Shown here: positions 1 through 9,055 of the stretch, one piece after another
Layout of the letters: every line of letters starts with the position of its first letter
Numbering within the stretch: the stretch's first letter is position 1
DNA from: a virus
Taxonomy: Duplodnaviria > Caudoviricetes
Length of the DNA stretch: 34,524 bases
Reading direction: 5' to 3' (one strand)
Virus record (IMG/VR): IMGVR_UViG_3300031232_000019
Span: 1-34,524 of that record
Made by a program: the position numbers and the translations under genes
The notes under the pieces: model-generated
What the model was told of the DNA's origin: nothing
Databases searched by the model: none
The model's input: only the letters and a program-made list of their open reading frames with translations

Positions 1-183
1 GGCCAGTCAGAGACACTTGTGACCGATTTGATGTTGGCCCGGCAGCTCTCGATTTCCCGGCGATTCGTTCACACTCTACGCGCCCGAGGTGACCTCGTGG
101 CTGTCAGGCTCGGAACTGCGCTACGCTTCCCGCTTCAAAAAAACTTGGCCCGTATCATGGCGGCGGGAGGGACCAACAAATGA
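1..183 (+). CDS. Excisionase-like/HTH_17-type DNA-binding protein (5' truncated by window edge)
   Basis: Not in the ORF track. Frame 1 translates to GQSETLVTDLMLARQLSISRRFVHTLRARGDLVAVRLGTALRFPLQKNLARIMAAGGTNK*, which fits the Xis/MerR-like pattern L-t-x-x-x-lA-x-x-L-x-IS-x-x-x-V...G-x-L-x-x-V-R-L-G-x-x-x-R-F. Confidence 0.65.
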   Translation, partial: GQSETLVTDLMLARQLSISRRFVHTLRARGDLVAVRLGTALRFPLQKNLARIMAAGGTNK

Positions 184-191
184 GCCTCCCG

Positions 192-232
192 AAAAAGAAA
201 AAACCGAACCCCGATTTACGGTCGGGGCTCGG
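192..232 (-). terminator. Rho-independent terminator ending the minus-strand virion operon
   Basis: Minus strand reads CCGAGCCCCGAC-CGTAA-ATCGGGGTTCGG followed by TTTTTTCTTTTT, about 200 bp downstream of the 2008-aa ORF stop. Confidence 0.7.
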
Positions 233-390
233 CGGTAAAAAAACTGATCACTCGGGACTCGGTGTACAGAAGCAGAAAGGCGCCGCGGGGTCAACTGCCG
301 GTCTGTCCTGCCCGCCCGATAGCCTCAACCGTGAGCACTGCGGGCGTGAAGGCTGGTGACGGGTTGCCGGCCGTCGAGCCCGCGATAACC

Positions 391-431
391 TCGCGACATG
401 TCGCGAACCTGTCGCCAACGTGTCGCGGTCA
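391..431. repeat. 16-bp palindrome plus three TGTCGC repeats at 11-bp period
   Basis: TCGCGACATGTCGCGA at 391-406; TGTCGC starts at 399, 410 and 421. Confidence 0.7.
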
Positions 432-3400
432 CTTCGCCGGCAGCGCGTCAATGGCCTGCCGCAGCGCATCCCGCTCATTCCGTGACCTGTCGCGAAGCGG
501 GAGCGAGACGCCGGGACCGAGCCGGCGGATCTCCGCCTCCGGCCATGTCCGCAGGATGTAATCCTGAAGGTAGGGCTCGTTCAACAGCGCGGCTTGCTCG
601 TCCGCGGTGAATGGCAGTTGGTGCTGGGCCTTGCGGATGATTTCAAACCCCATCACGCGCAGCGCGGCATCTTTCGCTTTGCCCGGTGCGTTCGCACGAT
701 CTGCTGTTTCGTAGAGGCCGCGGTTGGAAACCTTGAGCCACCGGCCGAGGAGGTTGGAGATACCGGGCTGCGCGAGGAGTTTTTCGATGCCCTCCTTGGG
801 CGGATCGTAAATGCTCTCGTCGCCGAAGCGGGTAATCAACGTGCCGCCGGCCGCGTTCCAAGACCATTTGGCCATGGCTTCCGTGCCCATGCCGGCGTCG
901 AATTCGTTGACCGGCACAATCGCCCGCCCGCGAAACGTGTCGTAAGGATTCTCTTTGTTGACGGCGAACTGCAACCAAGCATAGCCAACCGAAAAAATCG
1001 GATTCACGCCGGGCACTTGTCCACCGGCAAAGCTCAACGGTCCCTCGCCACCTTGGCCCAAGGTCAGTGACCGCCGCAGGAGTCCATTCCCCAGGCGCTC
1101 ACCTTCCTCCAACGGCATCCGAAAATAGAACACTTTGCCCAGCGCCTTGTCGGTCCAGAATAGCGGGAAGCAATGGTAATTGCTTTTGTCATACTCGGAA
1201 ATCGACGCCAGCATGTCCTTGTACCGTTTGCGCAGCGCCGCCGGAATCAGCTCGTCCGGGAACATGTCGTTTTCGAGCATCCAGAGCACGATGGTCGTGG
1301 CCGCGGTATAGACGGCGAACTTGGCGAACATCTCGCCGGGGGAACGCTTCCACGCCCGCCACTCCGAGCGCAGACCTTCTTTCGCCGGGTTATAAAACAT
1401 GAAACCAAAGTCGAGCAGATTTGCTCCCTTCCCTCGCTCAAGAAAATTCGGGGAGCCGGCTGAATCGTGGATGATCCGCATTTTGATGACCTCGGACATC
1501 GTTGGGAAATGCTCGTCCATGTACAGCATGCCGGCGATCTTCACCATGCGCTCGTTGACCTGGCCGCGCTGTTTGTACCAGACCCAAATCTTTTCGAGCT
1601 GCTTTAGCGCACCAAGATTCTTGGCGCGCCACGTCTCCGGGATTTGCGAGTACCGCAGCAACATCCGCTCAAACGTACTATCGGCGGCATCTTCCCCGCG
1701 CGTATCAGCTTCACTGATGACGACGCCCCGTTGAAGCGCCATGTCGCCCAGCGCGTTCGGCCGGTTTGAGACGGTGGCGGCGGCGGCGGCCCGCGCCTCG
1801 CGCAGATACCGCACGACCGCGTGTTTGCCGAAGAGCAATCGCGCTTCCGGCATCTTCCGGGCAAACCCGCGGATGTCGCGGTACGTTGCCACCGGCCAGA
1901 ACCCATAATTCCAGCCGGTGTAAAGCGATTTGATCGCCGCCACTTTCCGATAAATCTTTCCGATCAATCCGGCCTGAAGTCCGTCCGATCTCCCGAACGC
2001 TTCGGCAATCGCGCGCGGCACATAGTACGCCATGACCTTTCCGCCATGCGTGTAAACAAGGGTGCCGATCCGGTCGTTTTCGCGGATGACCGGTTCACGA
2101 TAACGCCCGTTGTAGCGCATTTCGGCCTCGGCAATGAGCGGGTCGCCAGACTCCAAAAGGAACTGCACGATTTCATGGATCGCCACGGTCCGATGCGTCA
2201 TGGCAATGAGCGACATCGCCTTTTGAATGGTAGCCGTCGCCGCGTTCTCAATTTCACCCAGGAAGCCAACTTGCTTGTAAATCTGCGCGGAAACGCCCGC
2301 GCCGTACTGTCCTTCCAAGGCCGCCTCGATGCTGTTGCGATCGAGGGCGGCGCCGGCCGGGGCCTTCTTCATCGTCGCGTAGAAAGTCCGTTCCCAGAGA
2401 ATCGCCATCAACTGAGGATCGAGAATGTTTGCCGCCGCGAGTGGCTTCAAAACCAAGTCCTCATAAATGGCCCGCAGCGTGCGCTGGCCCTGTTCAAGAC
2501 TCGCGTAGCGGGCGGGGCCGAGCTGTTGCGCCATGCCGGCCATGGCTTCCGTGGCAGCCTTGGGGTTCATGCCGCCCGAGCTGGCGATGTCCGGCCGGTT
2601 GTGGATGACGTGCTGGAAAAACATATACTGGCCGAGTTCAACCCAATCGAGATTTGCGCGGACGAGCGCCCCCAGCACTTCGAGGTTCAACCGCCGCAAC
2701 AGCAGTTCGTATTTGGTCGCGCGATATAAGTAATTCCCAATCGCACCTTCCGTCTTCAAGCCGGGTTCGGTGAGTTTGGCTTGTTTGATCCGACGATAGA
2801 CCGGGCCGAAGGTCCGATCAAAAAACATGCGCCAGTCGTCGAGCTGTTCCTGAAACGGTTTGATCCCGGCGACCTGTTCCCTTTCCAGCGCCGTTTCTTC
2901 CGCGCGCTGCCAGGAGTCGGTCAGATTGCGGATGCGCTCGCGCTGCACGGTCCCGGTTTTGATATCGTCCTGAATTTTATAGTACAGTTTGTGAATCTCC
3001 GGCTTGGCGGCGAGGTAGTTGAAAAAGGCTTCGTAGAACAGCGGAGCCCGCTGGAGGACCGCAGCCGGGTTGTTGAGGAGAACGCTGAATGTCTCGGCGT
3101 ACATTTCCGCCGGCGGTTCAAAGTAGTCCTCCATCGTTTTCGTGCCGCGCCACCACGCGATGAGCGGCCGGAGTTCGTCTTTCATTTGCTCCAGCGCGAA
3201 GAGCCGGCGCTTGCGGATCTCTTCGACGAGGAGTTCCGCATAGAATTCCTTTTCGCCCTTGGTCAGATTGGCCAGCTTGTCGCGGTTGAATGCGAACCAG
3301 TCGGAAATTTTCCCGCGGACGGCGGAGCGCACGAGTTCCTTTTTCTGCGCCGGGTTGAGCGACGCGACGAAATCATAGAGCCCCGGGTCGGCGTCGCGCG

Positions 3401-6400
3401 CGGCCGGATTGCGCCAGATATTCAGGATCTCATCAGCGGTGACGCCCGGCTCCTGCTTGGGATCAATCCCGGCCTTGTCGCGCTCGGCCTGGGCGAGCTT
3501 GGAGGCTTCCCGGCGCAAGCGTGCCCGGTCCGCTGCGGTCAGTTCGCCGAGGGCGCCCGGCTTTTCCGGCAGGATCGTTTTCGTGAATCGCTTCAGGCTG
3601 GCGATGCGGCCGAACAGATTGCCGCGGCCGGAAATCATCTTGTCCGGGAGCCAGTCAACCGCGTGGCCGATCTCATGCCAGATGACCTTGGAGGCGAGGA
3701 CGGGGTTTTTCAGCTTCGCCGCTTCAAAGGCCGCCTGATAGAGATCCGCGTATTTTTCCGCTGCAACCCGGGCCTCGTCAACGGTCGGATCGGCCGCCTT
3801 CGTCGCCGACGCGTATTCGGCGGCGTGCTGGCGCATCAGGCGCTTTTCGGCCGCGGTAACGAGATTGAATACGTCCGCGCGCAGTTCGATGGAGGCGAGG
3901 CCGGTCAGGCCGTCGGTATGTTTGAACACGCCAAGCGCCTGACCTTTGAGCGCGCGGATCTTGTCGAGGACGGCCGGATATTTCCCGCCGAGGAGTGCCC
4001 TCGCGAACTGCACCGCTTCCGGTAGTTCGATCGGGAACACGGTAAAGTTGGGGTTGTTCGCCGGCTGCGAGGGATCGCCGAGATCGCCGCCGATGCCGGA
4101 GCCGGGCGCGGGCTCGATGTTGCCTTCGACGCCGCCGCGGGCCGCCGCGTTCGCCTTGTCCATCTCCGTCGGCGGCGTGCCCTTCACTTCATCCCCGAAC
4201 ATCGAAGGCGTGTTGTCGACCGGGAGCGATTTTTCCGCCGCAGATTTTTCAACTTCGCTGGCCAGGCTAAACGTGTCGGCGGTGTTGAGTAGGTCGCCGG
4301 CATCCGGTGCTTTGTTAACATCCGTGTTAACACTCGCCGGGGCATCGACGGACGCGGGAGCGGTTTTGTTAACACTCGTGCTAACATCCTCGTGCGGGGT
4401 CAACCCCGCTTCCCGTCGCAACTGTTCGAACGTCGTCGGTGAAGGGTTGTGCAGTTCGGCGTTGGCCGCCTTCAGTTCGTCGACCCGCGTTTGCAGGGCG
4501 GCCGGATCTTCCACGGGGAGCCCCATTTTGCGGGCGGCCTCGGGACGCTTGGCGGCGCCTTGCGCGGCGAGGATCAATTCCGAGTTCTGGCGGATCTTCT
4601 CGGCCTGCACCTTCGCGACGGCATCCGCCTCTTTTTCAAACGCAGCAAAATCGCCGCCGATGTCACCAAACCCCATTTGCTCCGTGCCGGCGGGTTGAGC
4701 GGTGCCCGTGAGCCGCGAGAGGTTGCGCGCGTAAAGCTCCAGCTCGGCCGGACTCTTCTGTTTGGCCCCGCGGATCGCGCTGGCCTGGGCCGCTTCATTA
4801 CCCGGTGCGCCGCGGGCTATTGCGACCGCTTTCGCTTCGACGATCTGACCGTTTTGATAGAGGGTGAATAAACCATCGCCGGCATCGTGGCCCAGACTGA
4901 AGCCGGCGCTTCCTTTATAGCGCGATAGTAGTCCTCGCGCGTCTGCAACTGCGCGGGTGTTGAGGTCGCGGGTGGCTCGGAAATACTGGGCATAATCTTT
5001 GATGTCTCCTTGTCCGTCTTTGATGTTGGATTCGGCGTCATAGATTTGGGCATGGACTACGGTGAAACCATCCGCCTCGTTAAACTGATAAGCGATGATA
5101 GATTTTTCGCCTGAATCTTTCGCTGATGCGAAACGATGGCGGCCGGTGATGATTTCCTTTTCCCCGTTCAGCTTCTTCCACAGTACGATGGGCGCCACGC
5201 CCTCGGGGATGTATTTGCCGAGCGGGTCGACCACGCCCGTCACCGGATCAGCGTTCGCCTTGAACTGCTTGATGTCCTTGTTGACGACGATTTCGGACAG
5301 TGGGACTTGCTGCGGGGTGTACTTGTCCGGGTCCGGCGTCGTCGCGACGTTTTTGGAAAGGACCAGGGCGCCTGGGGTAAGCGGTTTCGGAACCCAATCG
5401 GTCAACGAATCCTCCCGCTCGCCGGTGGCCGGCATGCCGCCGCCTTGGTCAAAGATGGAATAGTCGATGGGTTCGTCCGCTGGCACCGCAGGACCGCCGA
5501 GCGGTGCCGCAGGGACGCTGATCGGGCCGGTGGGGGTCGTCACCACCACCAGCGCGCGCGCAGGCGGGATTGGCGCGGGAACGGAGGCCGCGCGCACGTC
5601 CACGGGCAGGGGCACATCGAGTGCGGTCGGGGTGGGCGCTGCTGGCTCGGGGGGAGTATCCGGCGGCGCCACGGGCGGACCTTTCCCATTTCGGGCGGTG
5701 CGGGCGGCGGCAATGAATTCCTCGTCGCTCATCGTCCAAACGCCGGTTGCCTTCCGCATCTGCAACAAAGCCGCTTTCTGCGCCAGGGTCATCGCCGCCG
5801 ATTCGAACCCGCCGGCGCCAGCGCCAAAAAGTGTCGACCAGGCGGCGGTCTTGGCGACTTCGGACCAGTTCACTTTGCCCTCGTCGATAACCTGAGCCGT
5901 GACTGAGCCGGCGGTTCCGATGCCGGCGCCTTGCGCGGCGCGCACTGCTACTGCTTGGGGAATCGCAATGGCGAGCCGGCCGCCTGCGAACAGGCGAGTC
6001 GGCGCCAACTTGCCGAGCGGAATCGCGCCCATCACCGTAGAAACGGTGAGCTGCCCATAGCTGGGCGATGTGCGTTCGCCACGGAACGCCTCCCGGGTTT
6101 GCGCCAATGCTTCACCGGCCAAACCACCCGCACCGCCTCCGATATATGTGCCAGCGCCAGGAACAACCGAACCCGCTATCGCTCCGGCAATCGGCGCGAC
6201 AACCCTGATCGCGAGATCCGTCTTCTTCCCGCCGAGGGTGAGTGCTGGATCATCAATCCAGTCGGGAGCCATTCCGGGCACAGCAATTCTCGTCTGTCCG
6301 TAGTGCGGGTTGATCTTCCGCTTGTCGGCAATAAATTCGGCCGGAGTCGGAGGCAAAGAAAACTCGGCGCTGAGATCGACGGGCGCGGGCGCGTCGAATT

Positions 6401-6455
6401 CCGCGGACAGGTCGACGGGAGCCGGCGCCTCAAACTCGTCAAGGAGGTTGGGCAT
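429..6455 (-). CDS. Large internal virion/ejection protein of polyvalent type (ParB-like domain, HEXXH motif, LPD38-like C-terminus)
   Basis: 2008-aa ORF at the end of the virion operon. Gly/Ala hydrophobic N-terminal region; ParB/Srx-like signature PIVLW...EIITGRHRF; zincin-like WHEIGH; C-terminal NPYDTFRGRAIVP resembles LPD38. Confidence 0.75.
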   Translation of the reverse strand: MPNLLDEFEAPAPVDLSAEFDAPAPVDLSAEFSLPPTPAEFIADKRKINPHYGQTRIAVPGMAPDWIDDPALTLGGKKTDLAIRVVAPIAGAIAGSVVPGAGTYIGGGAGGLAGEALAQTREAFRGERTSPSYGQLTVSTVMGAIPLGKLAPTRLFAGGRLAIAIPQAVAVRAAQGAGIGTAGSVTAQVIDEGKVNWSEVAKTAAWSTLFGAGAGGFESAAMTLAQKAALLQMRKATGVWTMSDEEFIAAARTARNGKGPPVAPPDTPPEPAAPTPTALDVPLPVDVRAASVPAPIPPARALVVVTTPTGPISVPAAPLGGPAVPADEPIDYSIFDQGGGMPATGEREDSLTDWVPKPLTPGALVLSKNVATTPDPDKYTPQQVPLSEIVVNKDIKQFKANADPVTGVVDPLGKYIPEGVAPIVLWKKLNGEKEIITGRHRFASAKDSGEKSIIAYQFNEADGFTVVHAQIYDAESNIKDGQGDIKDYAQYFRATRDLNTRAVADARGLLSRYKGSAGFSLGHDAGDGLFTLYQNGQIVEAKAVAIARGAPGNEAAQASAIRGAKQKSPAELELYARNLSRLTGTAQPAGTEQMGFGDIGGDFAAFEKEADAVAKVQAEKIRQNSELILAAQGAAKRPEAARKMGLPVEDPAALQTRVDELKAANAELHNPSPTTFEQLRREAGLTPHEDVSTSVNKTAPASVDAPASVNTDVNKAPDAGDLLNTADTFSLASEVEKSAAEKSLPVDNTPSMFGDEVKGTPPTEMDKANAAARGGVEGNIEPAPGSGIGGDLGDPSQPANNPNFTVFPIELPEAVQFARALLGGKYPAVLDKIRALKGQALGVFKHTDGLTGLASIELRADVFNLVTAAEKRLMRQHAAEYASATKAADPTVDEARVAAEKYADLYQAAFEAAKLKNPVLASKVIWHEIGHAVDWLPDKMISGRGNLFGRIASLKRFTKTILPEKPGALGELTAADRARLRREASKLAQAERDKAGIDPKQEPGVTADEILNIWRNPAARDADPGLYDFVASLNPAQKKELVRSAVRGKISDWFAFNRDKLANLTKGEKEFYAELLVEEIRKRRLFALEQMKDELRPLIAWWRGTKTMEDYFEPPAEMYAETFSVLLNNPAAVLQRAPLFYEAFFNYLAAKPEIHKLYYKIQDDIKTGTVQRERIRNLTDSWQRAEETALEREQVAGIKPFQEQLDDWRMFFDRTFGPVYRRIKQAKLTEPGLKTEGAIGNYLYRATKYELLLRRLNLEVLGALVRANLDWVELGQYMFFQHVIHNRPDIASSGGMNPKAATEAMAGMAQQLGPARYASLEQGQRTLRAIYEDLVLKPLAAANILDPQLMAILWERTFYATMKKAPAGAALDRNSIEAALEGQYGAGVSAQIYKQVGFLGEIENAATATIQKAMSLIAMTHRTVAIHEIVQFLLESGDPLIAEAEMRYNGRYREPVIRENDRIGTLVYTHGGKVMAYYVPRAIAEAFGRSDGLQAGLIGKIYRKVAAIKSLYTGWNYGFWPVATYRDIRGFARKMPEARLLFGKHAVVRYLREARAAAAATVSNRPNALGDMALQRGVVISEADTRGEDAADSTFERMLLRYSQIPETWRAKNLGALKQLEKIWVWYKQRGQVNERMVKIAGMLYMDEHFPTMSEVIKMRIIHDSAGSPNFLERGKGANLLDFGFMFYNPAKEGLRSEWRAWKRSPGEMFAKFAVYTAATTIVLWMLENDMFPDELIPAALRKRYKDMLASISEYDKSNYHCFPLFWTDKALGKVFYFRMPLEEGERLGNGLLRRSLTLGQGGEGPLSFAGGQVPGVNPIFSVGYAWLQFAVNKENPYDTFRGRAIVPVNEFDAGMGTEAMAKWSWNAAGGTLITRFGDESIYDPPKEGIEKLLAQPGISNLLGRWLKVSNRGLYETADRANAPGKAKDAALRVMGFEIIRKAQHQLPFTADEQAALLNEPYLQDYILRTWPEAEIRRLGPGVSLPLRDRSRNERDALRQAIDALPAK

Positions 6456-6458
6456 GGC

Positions 6459-7688
6459 TCAAGGTTTCTTCTTCGGCTTGAACCCCATTTTCAGCAGTGC
6501 CGCGCGCGCCGTCTCCGCGTCAATCACCCGGTCATTCACGGCTTGATTGATCGCGGCCAAATACTGCGACGGTGAAAGATCATGCGCGAAGGTCACGGCG
6601 CCGTTCTCGATCATATAAGGTTTGGCGACGGCGGGGGCGGCCGGCGCGGGCGGGACCACCGGAGGCGTGACCGGCGGTGACACCGGGGCGGCAGCCGCCG
6701 CGGGAGGCGCGGGAGGGGCGACGGGGGGCGGAGCGGGAGCAACGGGGGCCGCGGCCGGGGTGGCGGTCATGCCGGCGGCCAGTTTGTTTGCGAGTACCTG
6801 TTTCATCGGGTCGACGAGGATGGTGTTTTGCTTCTCGATTTGCGCGGAGATCAGCGCCGCATCCTGCGGACGACCGGCAGCCGTTGCGGCGTCGCGTTCC
6901 TGAATCAATTCCGCGATCAGCGCCTTTTTTTCCGGCGCGATGTAAGTGCTTTTGGCGATCATCCCATTATAGAAATCCGCGGTCGATTGATCGCCGGCCT
7001 TGATCGCCTTGTTATATTCTTCGACGTACTGCACGAAGGGGCTTTGGTGCCCTTTGGACGCGGACGCCGCCCGTGTTTCCGCCGCGGCCGTCAGTGAGTC
7101 CGCGCGAATGTTTGCCACGTCGACCGCATTACTCCCCCGGGCGGCCACGTCTGCCGCCCGTCCACTCACCAGCGTCTCACCGTACTTTTGATGCGCGGCA
7201 ATATCCTGGTCGGTCTTGCCCCGCGTGACGGCATTGCCGCGGGCTTCGTCGACGGCTTTCAAAAACCCGGCGTAAACCGGCTGGCCGCCGTCGTCGCGAA
7301 TGTTGCCGAGAAAAGCGTACTTCACCTGGAGCTTGCCCAGTGCGTCCGCCTTCCCGTACCAGTCCGTGATCGAATCCGCCTGGAGAAATTCATTGTTCGC
7401 ATCGACCGAGGCAGTCGCGCCCTGAGCGCGGAGCATTTCCATTTGGGTATGGTTCGCCACGGTGGCCTTGGCCGTCACGATGTCGGCCTGGTTCTTTGCC
7501 AGCGCGACCGGCAAGAGCGCCTGATACTGCGCCCGCTGGCGGTCTTCCATTTCGGTCGCGCGTTGATCGGCGGCGGCGCGCAGTCGCATCGCCTGTGCCC
7601 GCTCCATGAGCGACATGCCGGTTTGCAGGCCGTTGCCGATCGTCTGGAATTCGCTGCCGCTGCCAGGAATGAATTGTGATTCGGCCAT
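6459..7688 (-). CDS. Probable internal virion (ejection) protein
   Basis: Helical Ala/Gln-rich protein with a Pro/Ala linker, lying between two other ejection-type genes. Start placed at the ATG of MAESQF (7688), just after the upstream stop at 7693. Confidence 0.6.
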   Translation of the reverse strand: MAESQFIPGSGSEFQTIGNGLQTGMSLMERAQAMRLRAAADQRATEMEDRQRAQYQALLPVALAKNQADIVTAKATVANHTQMEMLRAQGATASVDANNEFLQADSITDWYGKADALGKLQVKYAFLGNIRDDGGQPVYAGFLKAVDEARGNAVTRGKTDQDIAAHQKYGETLVSGRAADVAARGSNAVDVANIRADSLTAAAETRAASASKGHQSPFVQYVEEYNKAIKAGDQSTADFYNGMIAKSTYIAPEKKALIAELIQERDAATAAGRPQDAALISAQIEKQNTILVDPMKQVLANKLAAGMTATPAAAPVAPAPPPVAPPAPPAAAAAPVSPPVTPPVVPPAPAAPAVAKPYMIENGAVTFAHDLSPSQYLAAINQAVNDRVIDAETARAALLKMGFKPKKKP

Positions 7689-7692
7689 GGGA

Positions 7693-8562
7693 TTAGGTTC
7701 CGGTGCTGTGCCAGTCACCCGTCAGCGCGGGGTTCGAGCCGATATTGGCGTTGGCGGGCGCGGTGATGCTCGGGGTCGTCGTGGCCGGCCGATTGGCCAT
7801 GTAGCCGCCAGCCGCTCCGGCCACCGTCGAGACGACGCCGCCCCACATGGAAGCGTTGGCATTGGCGGCGGCCGCCGACGCGTTGTTCGCGCTCTGCTGA
7901 CTGTTGTACTGGCCGGTGTTGTTCTGCACCGTCGCGTCGATCTGCTGCGCGGGCGTGACGTAGAATGCCATCGGGGACATTGGATTGATCCGCGGCGCCA
8001 GTTGCGCGACGGTCGACATGATGCTTTGCGCGGAGTTGATCCGGCTTTCCCCGTACTTGAGCGATTCGACGCCGAAATCCCGGAGCAAACTGAAGTCCTG
8101 AAACTCGCCGCGCGTGCCGGCGCTGATCCCCCGTTCCGAGGCCATGCGCGACAAGTTATCCTGCACGTCCTGCGGAACGGCGTAAGGGTTGTCCAGCATG
8201 CCGCTCGCCTGTTTCATAAACTTGGCTGACAGCGCGGTGTAGCCGGGCATCGCCTTTTCGGCGAGGGAGCTGGCCTGGTCCTGCGTGAATGAGTTCGAGC
8301 GCGAGACAAGCGATTCGATGGAGCCCTGCGCGGCGAGATTGCCGGCGAGCGCCTTTTGCTGTTCGGCCTGCGCATCGACCGTCTTCAACTCCGCCGCCTT
8401 GGGCGCCTTCGGGGCAGTGACGACGCCCGCAATGAGCGAGCCGGCGCCGACCGCCACCGCCGCCCAGGTGGCATGCGAGAAACGCGGATGGTCCGGCGGA
8501 TCGCGGTTCCACGATTCGGAATTGTCCGAGCATTGGCGAAGACGACGCGGTAAATCAATCAT
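7693..8562 (-). CDS. Probable internal virion/DNA pilot protein
   Basis: Hydrophobic Gly/Ala segments near both ends (WAAVAVGAGSLIAG; MWGGVVSTVAGAAGG) and a Q/N/S/A-rich core, typical of small podovirus ejection proteins; gene position fits. Confidence 0.6.
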   Translation of the reverse strand: MIDLPRRLRQCSDNSESWNRDPPDHPRFSHATWAAVAVGAGSLIAGVVTAPKAPKAAELKTVDAQAEQQKALAGNLAAQGSIESLVSRSNSFTQDQASSLAEKAMPGYTALSAKFMKQASGMLDNPYAVPQDVQDNLSRMASERGISAGTRGEFQDFSLLRDFGVESLKYGESRINSAQSIMSTVAQLAPRINPMSPMAFYVTPAQQIDATVQNNTGQYNSQQSANNASAAAANANASMWGGVVSTVAGAAGGYMANRPATTTPSITAPANANIGSNPALTGDWHSTGT

Positions 8563-9055
8563 GGCGGGGAAGGGTAAGGTTGGAAGGGCCGGCCAGCGGC
8601 GCCTTGGGTTCGGGCGGAATAATCAAAAACGCTTCGAGCTTTTTTAGATCGCGCTCATTCGTCGGGTTCGGATGAAACGTCGTGAAAGTCGTATCCTCGA
8701 AGATTTCCAAAAGGCGGCGCGTGCCGGCTTCGGTCACTCCACAAAACGGTGCGCAGATGATCGCGGCCTGCCCCTCTCCTTCGACGAAAACGGCGAAGCG
8801 CCCTTTGGTCACATGGTAGGTATGCCGCTTGGCATGCCGCTTCGAAATGATCTTGGTCCCGGCCGGCATGAAGATCGTCCGGCAGTAAAATCCGGGAATC
8901 CATGAGTGGGTCAGCGGACAGTCGACTTGCGGCAGCTTCGCCATTTCCGCCGCTTTCGCGTCGATCGTTTCCCGGATGTCCGGGACCGCCGCCAAGCCGC
9001 TCGGCATGACGCAAACCCACTTCTCCTTGCGACGAACTTTGACGGGCTTTTTCAT
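8555..9055 (-). CDS. Cupin/RmlC-like beta-barrel protein
   Basis: PQVDCPLTHSWIPGFYCRTIFMPAGTKIISKRHAKRHTYHVTKG...APFCGVTEAGTRR...EDTTFTTFH. Start at ATG 9055 overlaps the upstream stop (ATGA); the longer N-terminus in the track is probably spurious. Confidence 0.65.
   Translation of the reverse strand: MKKPVKVRRKEKWVCVMPSGLAAVPDIRETIDAKAAEMAKLPQVDCPLTHSWIPGFYCRTIFMPAGTKIISKRHAKRHTYHVTKGRFAVFVEGEGQAAIICAPFCGVTEAGTRRLLEIFEDTTFTTFHPNPTNERDLKKLEAFLIIPPEPKAPLAGPSNLTLPRHD

Noticed and set aside
180-359. About 59-aa ORF (MSLPKKKKPNPDLRSG...) coupled to the Xis-like gene
   Set aside because: Runs through the terminator hairpin and has no recognisable features; may be real but cannot be supported.
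1821-5906. Several long plus-strand ORFs (302, 414, 250, 256 aa)
   Set aside because: All lie opposite the 2008-aa gene and look like shadow translations.
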